DNA of 32,000 nt from Caedibacter taeniospiralis (GCF_002803295.2 NZ_PGGB02000005.1:61969-93968), one strand, 5' to 3'. Positions 9,573-20,323 are shown, counted from the stretch's first letter. The notes: generated from the letters alone by a model not told the origin. Program-made: numbers and translations.

Positions 9573-11057
9573 ATGCCTAAGTGTTTAAATATTCTGTTTG
9601 CTTCATCTGAAGCGGTGCCTTTTATAAAAACGGGGGGCTTGGCAGATGTAAGCGGTAGTTTGCCAAAAGCGTTAAGTCACTTGGGTCTCGCGGTATCTGT
9701 TATTATTCCTGCGTATCGCGAGGTATTAGCAAGTGTGGTTGATGCAAAAGTGGTGAGTCAATTTAGCGTTTTTGGGTTTGGCAAAATCTATTACGTCAAA
9801 CTGATTGAAGCACGAGTTCCAATTCCAAGCACGTCGCTTACATTCTGGTTTATTGATATCCCAGAGCTATTTGATCGTCCCCATGGTATCTACTTAGCAG
9901 AGGATGGTAAAGACTGGTGGGATAATGGCGAACGTTTTGCCATATTTTCTAAAGCGGTTACTGAAGTCGCCATGAATAGAGTCAAGCTGGATTGGAAAGC
10001 AGATGTTGTGCATAGTAACGACTGGCAAACGGGAGTAATATCAGTTTTTCTTAAACTAGAAAAAAATTGCGCTAAAACCGTCTTTACGATTCATAACATG
10101 GCATATCAAGGCAGTTTTCCGTATGAAGTATTTAAAGCCATGAACCTGCCAGAGCACTGGTGGCATAAGGATGGATTGGAATTTTATGGTAATTTTTCCA
10201 TGCTCAAAGCAGGAATTTTATTTTCAGATATTGTCACAACGGTCAGTCCAACCTATGCAAAAGAAATATGTACGCCCAGGTTTGCTTATGGTCTTGAAGG
10301 GGTAATGCGTCGGTGTCAGCTTGAAGGTAAACTATTTGGGATTTTAAATGGAATAGATCAAGCCCATTGGAATCCGCAAAAGGATACACTCATTCCCTAT
10401 CGGTATTCTGCAAGCTATCGATTGATGGCAAATAAATTTAAAAATAAACAGGCTTTACTGTCAGCACTAGGTGTCGGTGGTGGTATTGTAAACCTTGAAG
10501 CGCCACTATTTGGGTTAGTTGGCAGGTTAATTGAGCAAAAGGGCATCGATTTAATTCTGAGTGTTGTGCCTGATTTACTGACCTACAGCAATGCAAATTT
10601 TGTGTTTCTTGGATCAGGTGATCATCATTTCGAGCACGCTATTAAGTTATTTGCAGAGCATTACCCTGATAGGGTTTTAGTACGCATTGGCTACGCTGAA
10701 AAGTTGGCACATATGATTGAAGCAGGGGCTGATCTGTTTTTGATGCCATCTCGTTTTGAACCCTGTGGACTCAACCAGCTCTATAGTTTGGCTTATGGCA
10801 CGCTACCGATCGTTCACCACACAGGCGGCTTGGCAGATACGGTTGTAAATGCAAGCACAGAAAATATAGCAAGAGGTACCGCAACTGGTTTTGTTTTTTA
10901 TGAGCCTACCGCGTATGCACTCAAAGAAACCATGTATTATGCTATCAGCCTTTTTGCTCAGAAAGAACGATGGAAGGGGATACAAAGAACGGCAATGGCT
11001 CAAAATTTGAGCTGGGAAAACAGTGCTAAAGCGTATTTGGATTTATATTGTTTGTAA
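9573..11057 (+). CDS. glgA: Glycogen synthase (ADP-glucose type, GT5)
   Basis: NILFASSEAVPFIKTGGLADVSGSLPKAL, HSNDWQTGV, GRLIEQKGIDLI, PSRFEPCGLNQLYSLAYGTLPIVHHTGGLADTV. Confidence 0.93.
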   Translation: MPKCLNILFASSEAVPFIKTGGLADVSGSLPKALSHLGLAVSVIIPAYREVLASVVDAKVVSQFSVFGFGKIYYVKLIEARVPIPSTSLTFWFIDIPELFDRPHGIYLAEDGKDWWDNGERFAIFSKAVTEVAMNRVKLDWKADVVHSNDWQTGVISVFLKLEKNCAKTVFTIHNMAYQGSFPYEVFKAMNLPEHWWHKDGLEFYGNFSMLKAGILFSDIVTTVSPTYAKEICTPRFAYGLEGVMRRCQLEGKLFGILNGIDQAHWNPQKDTLIPYRYSASYRLMANKFKNKQALLSALGVGGGIVNLEAPLFGLVGRLIEQKGIDLILSVVPDLLTYSNANFVFLGSGDHHFEHAIKLFAEHYPDRVLVRIGYAEKLAHMIEAGADLFLMPSRFEPCGLNQLYSLAYGTLPIVHHTGGLADTVVNASTENIARGTATGFVFYEPTAYALKETMYYAISLFAQKERWKGIQRTAMAQNLSWENSAKAYLDLYCL

Positions 11058-11100
11058 ACCTGACTATTCCAGAGTAGTCAGGTAAACCTGACTTATTTTT
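11058..11100 (+). terminator. Terminator-like hairpin with a competing upstream pairing partner (possible attenuator) between glgA and glgP
   Basis: ACCTGACT (11058-11065), AGTCAGGT (11076-11083), ACCTGACT (11086-11093) followed by TATTTTT; the middle segment can pair with either flank. Confidence 0.6.
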
Positions 11101-11145
11101 CAATAGTCACTAAGGTTAATGGAGTTTTTATTAGAGGTAAAAAAT

Positions 11146-13641
11146 ATGGTAAAAAATACAGAAAAAGCTTCTCAGATCATGGCACAGGTTGAGAGCGAAG
11201 TTGATAGTAATAAAGAGCAAATTGCAAAAAGCTTTATCCATTACTTATACAATTCACTGGGTCGAGAAATCGATTCTAAGGCACATTATCTGGAGCATGC
11301 GCTTGTTTATACCATTCGCGATCGACTGATGATTAATTGGAAAAAAACAGAACAAAGATACGCTATCAAAAATTTGAGGAAAGGATACTATCTTTCCATG
11401 GAGTTTCTGATAGGACGTTCTTTGACCAATAGTCTGATCAATCTAGGATTGAAAGATATTACGCTTGCCGCCTTATATGATTTGGGTCTCAACTTTGAAG
11501 AAATTGAAGAGGCTGAGCATGATGCAGGGTTAGGCAATGGCGGTTTAGGAAGATTGGCCGCCTGCTTTATGGATAGTTGTGCCACATTGGCTTTGCCGGT
11601 TATGGGGTACGGATTGCGCTACGAATATGGAATGTTTAGGCAGCATATAAAAAATGGTTACCAGGTAGAAGAGCCTGATCAGTGGTTGCGCCATGGTTAC
11701 TACCCCTGGGGATTAATGCGTAGAGAATATACCAGGGTGGTTAAGTTTGGAGGTAGAACCGTTAAATCAGTTCACCCTGACACAGGACGGCTCATGGTGA
11801 AATGGGAAGATACTTGCCCCGTATTGGCTGTGCCATTTGATGTTCCTGTACCTGGATTTAGCAATAATGTTGTCAATACCTTAAGATTATGGTCAGCGGC
11901 AGCCGTTGAAGCGTTTAATCTCAATGCGTTTAACGCAGGCTCATATGCCTCTTCGGTGGCAGAAAAAAATAATGCAGAAAGTATCACAATGGTACTTTAT
12001 CCAAATGATGCAAGTGAAAATGGTAAGGAATTACGTCTTAAACAGCAGTATTTCCTGGTGTCAGCAAGTCTTCAGGATATTGTTGTGCAATGGGCAGAGA
12101 AAAATAATAATGATTTTACTCAATTTGCTGAAAACAATACCTTTCAACTAAATGATACCCACCCAAGTCTTGCAATTGCAGAGTTAATGCGACTTTTAAT
12201 GGATGAGTATGAGTTAGAATGGCAGGATGCCTGGGAGATAACGAGCAAAACCATGGCGTATACTAACCATACTTTATTGCCTGAAGCATTAGAAAAGTGG
12301 CATGTTTCACTCTTTGAGCGCCTATTGCCACGCCTGTTGGAAGTTATTTATGAGATCAATAAGCGGTTTTTAAATGTCATTGAGCAGAAATGGTCAGACG
12401 ATATCAGTAAACAGCGCGAGCTATCTATCATTGACGAAGATAATATGGTGCGCATGGCACATTTAGCCATCGTAGGCAGTTATTCGGTAAATGGTGTCGC
12501 AGAGCTACATTCTCAGCTGTTAAAAGAGAGTTTGTTTAAAACGTTTTATGATTTATGGCCACAAAAATTTAATAACAAAACCAATGGCGTGACCCAAAGG
12601 CGCTGGCTGGCGGTTTGTAATCCTGAGCTTAAACAGTTATTGGAGGATAAAATTGGAGGGGATTGGATTGTAAATCTTGATGAGTTAAAAAAAATAGAAG
12701 CATTTGCAGAGGAGAGTGCATTTTGCGAGCGCTGGGAGAAAGTCAGACTTGCTAATAAAAAACGTTTAGCTAATTACATTAAAAAAGAAACCGGAGTGGA
12801 GTTTGATCCCAGTGCGTTATTTGATGTTCAGGTAAAACGGATTCACGAATATAAGCGCCAGCTGTTAAATATTCTGCATGTTATTCATCTTTATAACAGG
12901 ATTAAAAGAGGGCAAACTCAACATTGGACTAATCGCTGTGTGATTATTGGCGGCAAAGCAGCGCCAGGTTATTACATGGCAAAGCTTATTATTAAGTTGA
13001 TCAATAATGTGGCAGATAGGATTAACCATGATTTAGAAGTTGGGGATAAGCTTAAGGTTGTTTTTCTGCCAAATTACAGCGTTTCAGCAATGGAAGTGAT
13101 TTGTGCAGGAACAGATTTATCCGAGCAAATTTCTACAGCAGGCAAAGAAGCTTCAGGCACGGGTAATATGAAGTTTATGATGAATGGTGCGATCACCATT
13201 GGCACGCTCGATGGTGCTAATGTTGAAATATTAGAGGAAGTGGGTAACGAGAATTTTTTTCTCTTTGGATTAAAAACAGCTGAGGTTTCTGCGCTGCGCA
13301 AACATTACAACCCTGAGCACTTTATCCAAAATAATAACGACCTTAAACAAGTGATGGATAGGCTTGAGTCTGGATTTTTTAATGAAGAAGAACCGAATAT
13401 TTTTGACAGCATCATAGGTTCATTAAAAAGCCCGTATGATCCCTGGATGACTTTAGCAGATTTTGCAGACTATCTACAGGCACAACAGCGGGCAGCGAAT
13501 ACCTTTCAAAATAAGGCGGGTTGGATAAAAATGAGCATCATAAACTGTGCGCGAAGCGGTCGTTTTTCATCAGATCGCACGATACGTCAATACAATGATG
13601 AAATATGGAAGCTAAGCCCCGTGGGTATAGACAAAACGTAG
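11146..13641 (+). CDS. glgP: Glycogen/alpha-glucan phosphorylase
   Basis: GLGNGGLGRLAACFMDS, NDTHPSLAIAELMR, VKRIHEYKRQLLN, GKAAPGYYMAK, PLP-binding region EASGTGNMKFMMNGAITIGTLDGANVEI. ATG 11146 follows an AGAGG-like site. Confidence 0.94.
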   Translation: MVKNTEKASQIMAQVESEVDSNKEQIAKSFIHYLYNSLGREIDSKAHYLEHALVYTIRDRLMINWKKTEQRYAIKNLRKGYYLSMEFLIGRSLTNSLINLGLKDITLAALYDLGLNFEEIEEAEHDAGLGNGGLGRLAACFMDSCATLALPVMGYGLRYEYGMFRQHIKNGYQVEEPDQWLRHGYYPWGLMRREYTRVVKFGGRTVKSVHPDTGRLMVKWEDTCPVLAVPFDVPVPGFSNNVVNTLRLWSAAAVEAFNLNAFNAGSYASSVAEKNNAESITMVLYPNDASENGKELRLKQQYFLVSASLQDIVVQWAEKNNNDFTQFAENNTFQLNDTHPSLAIAELMRLLMDEYELEWQDAWEITSKTMAYTNHTLLPEALEKWHVSLFERLLPRLLEVIYEINKRFLNVIEQKWSDDISKQRELSIIDEDNMVRMAHLAIVGSYSVNGVAELHSQLLKESLFKTFYDLWPQKFNNKTNGVTQRRWLAVCNPELKQLLEDKIGGDWIVNLDELKKIEAFAEESAFCERWEKVRLANKKRLANYIKKETGVEFDPSALFDVQVKRIHEYKRQLLNILHVIHLYNRIKRGQTQHWTNRCVIIGGKAAPGYYMAKLIIKLINNVADRINHDLEVGDKLKVVFLPNYSVSAMEVICAGTDLSEQISTAGKEASGTGNMKFMMNGAITIGTLDGANVEILEEVGNENFFLFGLKTAEVSALRKHYNPEHFIQNNNDLKQVMDRLESGFFNEEEPNIFDSIIGSLKSPYDPWMTLADFADYLQAQQRAANTFQNKAGWIKMSIINCARSGRFSSDRTIRQYNDEIWKLSPVGIDKT

Positions 13642-13945
13642 CTACCCAGCAGGTCTAAAAATAAGCAGAAAATCGGATTTAAATCTGAATAACTTTGTTT
13701 GAAAAGCAGCTTCACAAAAGAGAATTGACTTATTTGTGAACATGATTGACTTTAAAACACTCTATTTCATGAGCATTTATCATGCTGCTAGGTAGTTACC
13801 AAAGAAGGTACTATCGGAGTTAAAAACCAGGTGCAAAAAGCATTGCAGGTGGCGTAAGGTGAATAGGAATAAGAGTTCTTAAAAAAACTTTCTTGGCAAC
13901 TTGGGGTAGTATCTCTCAGAAATCAGCAAAAGGATGTAACTCGAG

Positions 13946-15739
13946 CTATTGAGTAAGTGCTGCTTCTGCCACAGAGTGATTTGTCAATAAGTAGCGTTTA
14001 GGCGTTTGTGCTAATAGATATCCTTGGTAAGGTTTACCCTGTTTAAAATACGTATCATAGTTATCGTCATCGGTCATTACAAACACACGCTGATCACTTT
14101 GCCAGATAGGCCAAAATTGCGCAGCGGTTCTTAAAGTTTTATCCGCCCCTGAGTCTGGCATTTTCGCTGTATTGGCCAGCTCTCCCTCATTGGCAACAAT
14201 CCAGGTTAAACGATTTAAATAAAACTGAGCGTCATAATAATAACCACCATAGTTGGCAACGATGGCATTTGGATAGGTTTTTAACAATAACGCAACAATG
14301 TTTGTTAATGGCTTTACCGTTTTTTGGGCAAAATACTGCGAGCCAGACCAGCCTAAATTTAAAATAATCATCATCGCAAACACAAAGCACAACATCATTG
14401 CTTTGAGGTTGTTTTTTCTTAAGTAACCAAATCCAACAATCGTTGTGACCAGAGCCACTATTGCCCCTGGCCAATAGAATGCTGCAATTTCACTAAAGAA
14501 CATGGAAAAGTTTGAAATAAATGGCAACACCACAAAGGCAATGGCAATGATCAGGAAAAAAAACAGTGTGATTGCAACACTTGCCTTCGTCGATTTGCGC
14601 ATTTCAGGTTCATTGAGAAGCTTATCAACGCGGCGTGCGATCAAGATGGCAAATGGCGTAATGATTGGAATTAAATAACCCATGAGTATTGATTTTGAGA
14701 AAGCAAAAAACAATAAAATCGCCATACCCCAAATAAATAAAAACCATTCATTTTCATGTTTTTTACGGTTTTCCCATTTCAGTAACACCGATGTGAATGC
14801 CTGTGGTAAAAAGCCAAACCAAGGGAAAAAGCCGATGATAAAAATTCCAGCATAGACAAACTTACTCATCTGTCGCCCCTGCTCATCGGTGGCATAGCGC
14901 AAAATCTGTTGCACGATCACGTAGTAATAGAAAAACTCAGGATGCTGGTTATTCACTGCAATAACCCATGGTGCTGAAATTATTGTAACAATAACCAAAC
15001 CAAGGTAAAGACGGTAATCAAGTAACAGCCTATATTTTCCAACAACGATTGCCCATAGCCCAATAATCATCATTGGAAATACAATACCAATAAGACCTTT
15101 GGTCATTACTGCAAGCCCAGAAAAAATAAAGGCATTCAATAACCAAAGATGTGCTTGCCAGCTCTTTTGAGCATATTGTCTTGATGCCCAGAAGGACAGC
15201 ATTGTGATCGTCAGAAAAAATGCAATGCCGGCATCCAGATTGAGATAGCGACCACCACCTAAATATAAAATTGAGGTTCCCGTAATCAAAGCCGCCCAGA
15301 ATGACACACGCCTTTTTTGGTAGACGATGCGGCAAACAATATAAACAAACCACACCCCAATAATCGATAACACAGGATTTGGCAGTCTTGCTGCCCAGAT
15401 ATTAAAACCAAAAATTTTTAAGGACAACGCCGTCAACCAGTAGATCATTGGCGGTTTTTCAAAATAAATAACCCCATCCAGGTGCGGCACGATGTATTCG
15501 TGATTGACAAGCATCTCACGTGCGATTTCAGCATAACGCCCTTCATCCGGGGTAAACAGCACGGGTACGCCATAAAGGCATAAAGCAATTGCCATGATAA
15601 TAGTCACTATTAATAAATCACACCAAAATATTCGATCCATTTGCCAACGAAGGCGACTCATCTTTTTTTCCATCATATCTACGACCAATGTTTTAAGCTG
15701 GCAAGAGTATACCATCAGTGTGCCATTTTGCAGATTCAA
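13946..15739 (-). CDS. ArnT/PMT-family (GT83-like) integral membrane glycosyltransferase
   Basis: LFTPDEGRYAEIAREMLVNHEYIVPHLDGVIYFEKPPMIYWLTALSLKIFG is characteristic of the ArnT/PMT_2 N-terminal region; many TM segments. Likely start is an internal Met such as MEKKMSRLRWQMDRIFW. Confidence 0.82.
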   Translation of the reverse strand: MNLQNGTLMVYSCQLKTLVVDMMEKKMSRLRWQMDRIFWCDLLIVTIIMAIALCLYGVPVLFTPDEGRYAEIAREMLVNHEYIVPHLDGVIYFEKPPMIYWLTALSLKIFGFNIWAARLPNPVLSIIGVWFVYIVCRIVYQKRRVSFWAALITGTSILYLGGGRYLNLDAGIAFFLTITMLSFWASRQYAQKSWQAHLWLLNAFIFSGLAVMTKGLIGIVFPMMIIGLWAIVVGKYRLLLDYRLYLGLVIVTIISAPWVIAVNNQHPEFFYYYVIVQQILRYATDEQGRQMSKFVYAGIFIIGFFPWFGFLPQAFTSVLLKWENRKKHENEWFLFIWGMAILLFFAFSKSILMGYLIPIITPFAILIARRVDKLLNEPEMRKSTKASVAITLFFFLIIAIAFVVLPFISNFSMFFSEIAAFYWPGAIVALVTTIVGFGYLRKNNLKAMMLCFVFAMMIILNLGWSGSQYFAQKTVKPLTNIVALLLKTYPNAIVANYGGYYYDAQFYLNRLTWIVANEGELANTAKMPDSGADKTLRTAAQFWPIWQSDQRVFVMTDDDNYDTYFKQGKPYQGYLLAQTPKRYLLTNHSVAEAALTQ

Positions 15740-15773
15740 TCATCAGGAAATAAGTTACCGCCTACTTTTACAA

Positions 15774-15793
15774 GGGCGTATTGCAATACGCCC
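15774..15793. repeat. Perfect 20-bp palindrome
   Basis: GGGCGTATTGCAATACGCCC equals its own reverse complement. Confidence 0.95.
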
Positions 15794-15891
15794 CTACGCC
15801 ATCTACCATCATCAGCGAAGATATTGTCCCATGCCTGAAATTTCAAGTGGCGAGTACATGAGCAGTTTATGCTCTCCAAGACAGGCTTCGC

Positions 15892-15911
15892 CCCCTTCAC
15901 AAGTGAAGGGG
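15892..15911. repeat. Short hairpin downstream of glnA
   Basis: CCCCTTCAC-AA-GTGAAGGGG, 9-bp stem with 2-nt loop; no obvious U tract on the glnA strand. Confidence 0.6.
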
Positions 15912-15943
15912 AATTTAGCGCCCACGAATTTGGAATGGGTCCG

Positions 15944-17356
15944 TTACAGGCTATAATACATCTGAAACTCAATTGGATGCGGCGCCATATTTAACTTCTG
16001 GACTTCCTCCATTTTAAGATCTATATAAGCATCAATAATATCATCAGAAAACACGCCACTTGCCGTTAAAAATTCACGATCCTGATCAAGCGCAGTTAGC
16101 GCTTCCTCAAGGGAGCCTGCTACGGTTGGAATATCATACAACTCCTCAGGTGGCAAGTTGTATAAGTTTTTATCCATTGCCTCGCCTGGATGAATTTTAT
16201 TTTTGATCCCATCAAGCCCTGCCATCACCATGGCTGAAAACGCTAAGTATGGGTTTGCCATTGGATCGACGAAACGCACTTCTATACGACGCGCTTTTTC
16301 ACTATTAACAAAAGGGATACGAATAGATGCCGAGCGATTGCGTGCGGAATAAGCAAGTAATACAGGTGCTTCAAATCCAGGAACCAGGCGCTTGTAACTA
16401 TTGGTCGATGGATTACAGAATGCGTTTAATGCCTTTGCGTGTTTGATAATACCGCCTATGTAGTAAAGTGCTTCTTCTGAGAGTCCAGCGTAACCATTAC
16501 CTGCAAACAGATTCTTGCCATTTTTTGATAAGGATTGGTGCACGTGCATCCCAGAGCCGTTATCTCCTGGAATAGGTTTTGGCATAAAAGTTGCACTCTT
16601 GCCGTAAGCATTAGCCACATTGTGCACTACGTATTTGAATACCTGCGTCTGATCTGCTTTATCGACCAGCGTTGAAAACTTGGTTCCAATTTCACACTGC
16701 CCCGCTGTCGCTACTTCATGATGGTGAACCTCAACCTTCTGTCCAAGCTCTTCTAAAACTGAGCACATTTCTGAGCGAATATCTTGCAATGAATCCACTG
16801 GCGGCACGGGGAAATAACCGCCTTTAACACCTGGTTTATGTCCATTGTTAAGACCATTGGCAAAATCATTTGTGCTCCATGCAGCTTCATGACTCCTGAT
16901 TTTGTATTCAGAGCCTTCCATATCTGATTTATAAGTGACATTGTCAAAAATGAAAAACTCAGGCTCTGGACCAAAAAATGCCGTGTCGGCAATCCCTGTT
17001 GATTTAATATAGGTTTCACATCTTTTTGCAATCGAACGCGGATCGCGATCATAAGCCTGCATCGTTGCGGGCTCCAGAATGTTGCAGCGAATGATCAAAG
17101 TCGGCGCGTCAAAAAATGGATCGACAAGCATCGCTGAAGCATCAGGCATTAAAATCATATCCGACTCATTTATCCCTTTCCAGCCTTCAATTGATGAGCC
17201 ATCAAACATTTTGCCATCATTGAAAAAATCGTCATCCACAGCATGCACGGGAATGGTGACGTGTTGTTCCTTACCTTTAGTATCTGTGAATCGAAGATCG
17301 ACAAACTCGATTCCATATTCACTCACCATGGCTTGATAATGTGTAAAGTCAGACAT
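15944..17356 (-). CDS. glnA: Glutamine synthetase type I
   Basis: [90 protein letters not shown]. Confidence 0.97.
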   Translation of the reverse strand: MSDFTHYQAMVSEYGIEFVDLRFTDTKGKEQHVTIPVHAVDDDFFNDGKMFDGSSIEGWKGINESDMILMPDASAMLVDPFFDAPTLIIRCNILEPATMQAYDRDPRSIAKRCETYIKSTGIADTAFFGPEPEFFIFDNVTYKSDMEGSEYKIRSHEAAWSTNDFANGLNNGHKPGVKGGYFPVPPVDSLQDIRSEMCSVLEELGQKVEVHHHEVATAGQCEIGTKFSTLVDKADQTQVFKYVVHNVANAYGKSATFMPKPIPGDNGSGMHVHQSLSKNGKNLFAGNGYAGLSEEALYYIGGIIKHAKALNAFCNPSTNSYKRLVPGFEAPVLLAYSARNRSASIRIPFVNSEKARRIEVRFVDPMANPYLAFSAMVMAGLDGIKNKIHPGEAMDKNLYNLPPEELYDIPTVAGSLEEALTALDQDREFLTASGVFSDDIIDAYIDLKMEEVQKLNMAPHPIEFQMYYSL

Positions 17357-17501
17357 ACTGATAACGCTCCTTGAGATTTTGGTTAATGGTTTTGCCGCGT
17401 TCTATTCTATCAGAGTTTTTTTGCAAAATTTAGCAAGATTTTCAAGGAAAAGTTATCTCCTTTACGGTATGCTAAACGGCAGAATGGTACTAGGTTTGGA
17501 A

Positions 17502-17996
17502 ATGATCGTGATAGATCAAGAAGGTTTCAGAGCAAATGTGGCGATCATCATTCTAAATGATCAAAACAAAGTGTTCTGGGGTCGTCGTGTAAACCAAAGT
17601 TCATGGCAATTTCCACAAGGAGGATTGAACTCCGGCGAAACGCCAATTGAAGCAATGTATCGCGAACTCAAAGAGGAGGTTGGTTTGATGCCTTATGATG
17701 TCGAGGTCATTGCTGCAACAAGAACATGGTTGCGATATCGACTTCCCAGATTTTTAATTAGAAGAAATTGTCCTTTGTGTATTGGTCAAAAACAGAAATG
17801 GTTTCTGCTCAGACTTAAATCACCCGAGAGTGCTATTAATCTTAATGCAAACATCAAACCCGAGTTTGATGAGTGGCGTTGGGTAAACTATTGGTATCCA
17901 ACAGGCAAAGTTGTCGCTTTTAAGCGTCATGTCTACCAAAAGGCGCTGGAGCATTTTTTCCCAGTGCTTAAAAATTTTTCACAAGAGCAAGAGTAA
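17502..17996 (+). CDS. rppH: RNA pyrophosphohydrolase (Nudix)
   Basis: [62 protein letters not shown] contains the Nudix box in RppH context; tracked ORF starts at 17379 but the homologous part begins at ATG 17502. Confidence 0.9.
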   Translation: MIVIDQEGFRANVAIIILNDQNKVFWGRRVNQSSWQFPQGGLNSGETPIEAMYRELKEEVGLMPYDVEVIAATRTWLRYRLPRFLIRRNCPLCIGQKQKWFLLRLKSPESAINLNANIKPEFDEWRWVNYWYPTGKVVAFKRHVYQKALEHFFPVLKNFSQEQE

Positions 17997-18002
17997 GCTA
18001 AG

Positions 18003-20261
18003 ATGTTTTGGCAGGCACTAGTAAAAATCATCGAACTTAAGCAGGATCTTGATGTTGTTCTGTCAATGTTTGCTAAAGATACATGCAAGCTTTTGAATAT
18101 TGATGCGTGCAGTGTATTTATCCTGGATGACACTGAACACATCTACACGTTAAGCGCCTCCACCTTAGTGCCGACACTAAGATCGGGGATGATCTATATT
18201 AACGCCAGGGACGACTTACTTGGCAAAGTCGCCTTGCGTGAAGAAGCACTTGTGGTTGCTGATATGTCTAAAGCGCCAAGCTATAGTGTCCTGCAAACGC
18301 TGTCGCGTAACAAACTTCAGTCACTCTTGGCAGCTCCCGTTGTTCATAAGGGAGAAGTGATCGCCATAATCGCTTTTCAGTTGAGTGACAAAGACAAAAT
18401 TACCGAGAACTTACAGACCGATGTCGCGACCCTTTGCGCTAACCTTTCGTTGCCACTTAATCGTGCGATTCACATTGAGGATATTTCTGAGCAGATTGAA
18501 GACCAGCCTCAAAGCCCGTTGTTCTTTGATGGGATCAGTGCTAATGAAGGCGTGCAAAAGGGGGTTGCTGTTGGTCGCTATAACATCACTGATATTGAGG
18601 AAATTCCCGATAAATTAACTCAGTCTGAGGATGAAGAAAACTTATTTATTGCTGCAGTAAAAGAAGTCAAAGCTTCGCTAAAAGAAATGCTACAACGCAT
18701 AAACTTGCTGGTTGGTAATAGCGAGGCTTCTTTATTTGAAGCTTATTTGCAAATGATTGACAGCAGTCGTTTTTATGATGCCATTATTCATTACATTCGC
18801 CAGGGAATCTGGCTGCAAAGTGCGATTAAACGCGTGGTATTAGAGCAGGTTGCTATTTTTGAACAGATGGATGAGACGTATTTTGCTGAGCGCGCGAGTG
18901 ACATTCGTGATTTAGGCAAGCGTGTTTTACTGGTGCTTGAAAATAAGATTTTGAAAAAGAGTCACTATGCGGTTGACACCGTGCTTGTTGCCAGTGAAGT
19001 AACGGCATCGATGATTGCTGAAGTTCCCAAGGGGCGCCTAAAAGCAATTATCTCCGAACATGGCTCCTCGTACTCTCATGCGGCTATCTTAGCCAAAGCA
19101 TTATCCATTCCCTTTGTCACTGGCATTAAAGCCTTACCTGTTAGTTTTATTGATGGCAAAGAGGTGATTGTCGATGCCTATGTTGGACGCATTTATATTC
19201 AACCCACGAAAGGGCTTAAAACTGCTTATGAGAGATTAATCAAGCATGAAAGCCAAAAAGCGGTTGAGCTGCAAGCGATAAAAGAACTCCCTAGCGAAAC
19301 ACTGGATGGGCATGCTATTGAGCTTAAGGCAAATGTTGGCTTGATTGCAGATCTGGATAGAGCTGTCACCCAAGGGGCTGAAAGCGTTGGTCTTTACCGC
19401 TCTGAAATCCCATTTATGATCCGTGAGCGTTTTCCCAGCGAGGATGAACAGCGGATTATCTACCAGCAAATTTTATCCACATTTCCCAACAAACCCGTTG
19501 TACTGCGTATTTTAGATGTGGGTGCTGATAAGACCTTACCTTATTTTTATGAAGAGGAGCAAAACCCTGCATTGGGCTGGCGCGGTATCCGCATGATGCT
19601 GGATCAATCCAATTTGTTTTTAATGCAAATCAGAGCAATGCTCAAGGCAAGCCTGCACCATAATAACCTGCGCATTTTACTACCAATGATCACCACGATT
19701 GAAGAGGTTAAAGAAGCAAAGAAACTGATTCGCCAGGCCTACAAAGAAGTCGTTGAAGAGGGTTTTGACATTGAGCTTCCTGCGATTGGTGTCATGATTG
19801 AAGTGCCAGCAGCAGCCATTCTTATTGATCGCATCATCGGTTTAGTTGATTTTGTCTCCATCGGTTCAAACGATTTAGCGCAATATATTTTAGCAGTTGA
19901 TCGCACTAACGAAAAAGTTGCTTCGTTGTACGACCAGCTACATCCTGCGATGATTAGAGTACTTTATCACTTAGTTAAAACCACAAAAAAACACAACGCA
20001 GAAATTTCTTTATGTGGTGAGCTTGGTGGCAATCCTCTGGCAACTGCTTTGCTTGTTGGCATGGGCTTTGATAGCTTAAGCATGAATGCCGCTGTACTTC
20101 TTAAGGTGAAACATGTTTTAAGAAATGTTTCCTACAAACAGTGTCGGAATGTCTTAAAACACGTACTCAAACTAGCAACCACTGAAGAGGTGCACACTTA
20201 TTTAGAGAATTTTCTCGTTGAGAATGACTTAGGCGGACTGATTCGCGCGGGGATTAGCTAA
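18003..20261 (+). CDS. ptsP: PTS-Ntr enzyme I: GAF domain plus phosphoenolpyruvate-protein phosphotransferase
   Basis: GAF-like N-terminus, phospho-His region SEHGSSYSHAAILAKALSIPFVTG, PEP-binding VLRILDVGADKTLPYF, VDFVSIGSNDLAQYILAVDR. Confidence 0.92.
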   Translation: MFWQALVKIIELKQDLDVVLSMFAKDTCKLLNIDACSVFILDDTEHIYTLSASTLVPTLRSGMIYINARDDLLGKVALREEALVVADMSKAPSYSVLQTLSRNKLQSLLAAPVVHKGEVIAIIAFQLSDKDKITENLQTDVATLCANLSLPLNRAIHIEDISEQIEDQPQSPLFFDGISANEGVQKGVAVGRYNITDIEEIPDKLTQSEDEENLFIAAVKEVKASLKEMLQRINLLVGNSEASLFEAYLQMIDSSRFYDAIIHYIRQGIWLQSAIKRVVLEQVAIFEQMDETYFAERASDIRDLGKRVLLVLENKILKKSHYAVDTVLVASEVTASMIAEVPKGRLKAIISEHGSSYSHAAILAKALSIPFVTGIKALPVSFIDGKEVIVDAYVGRIYIQPTKGLKTAYERLIKHESQKAVELQAIKELPSETLDGHAIELKANVGLIADLDRAVTQGAESVGLYRSEIPFMIRERFPSEDEQRIIYQQILSTFPNKPVVLRILDVGADKTLPYFYEEEQNPALGWRGIRMMLDQSNLFLMQIRAMLKASLHHNNLRILLPMITTIEEVKEAKKLIRQAYKEVVEEGFDIELPAIGVMIEVPAAAILIDRIIGLVDFVSIGSNDLAQYILAVDRTNEKVASLYDQLHPAMIRVLYHLVKTTKKHNAEISLCGELGGNPLATALLVGMGFDSLSMNAAVLLKVKHVLRNVSYKQCRNVLKHVLKLATTEEVHTYLENFLVENDLGGLIRAGIS

Positions 20262-20323
20262 CTCCAATAACTAATTTGAAAATCGCGCTTTGACAAAAAT
20301 AAGAATTTAGAAAAGGAAAGAGG

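Noticed and set aside
11388-12151. Antisense and alternate-frame ORFs within glgP
   Set aside because: They overlap the conserved phosphorylase frame; no motifs or plausible initiation context.
13711-13740. TTCACAAA...TTTGTGAA hairpin downstream of glgP
   Set aside because: AT-rich stem with a 14-nt loop and no clear U tract; too weak to call as a terminator.
15594-15972. Overlapping ORFs on both strands between the ArnT-like gene and glnA
   Set aside because: The region is intergenic sequence containing palindromic repeats; peptides lack domain features and overlap known gene ends.
16753-17336. + strand ORFs within glnA
   Set aside because: Mirror-frame artefacts over a highly conserved glutamine synthetase gene.
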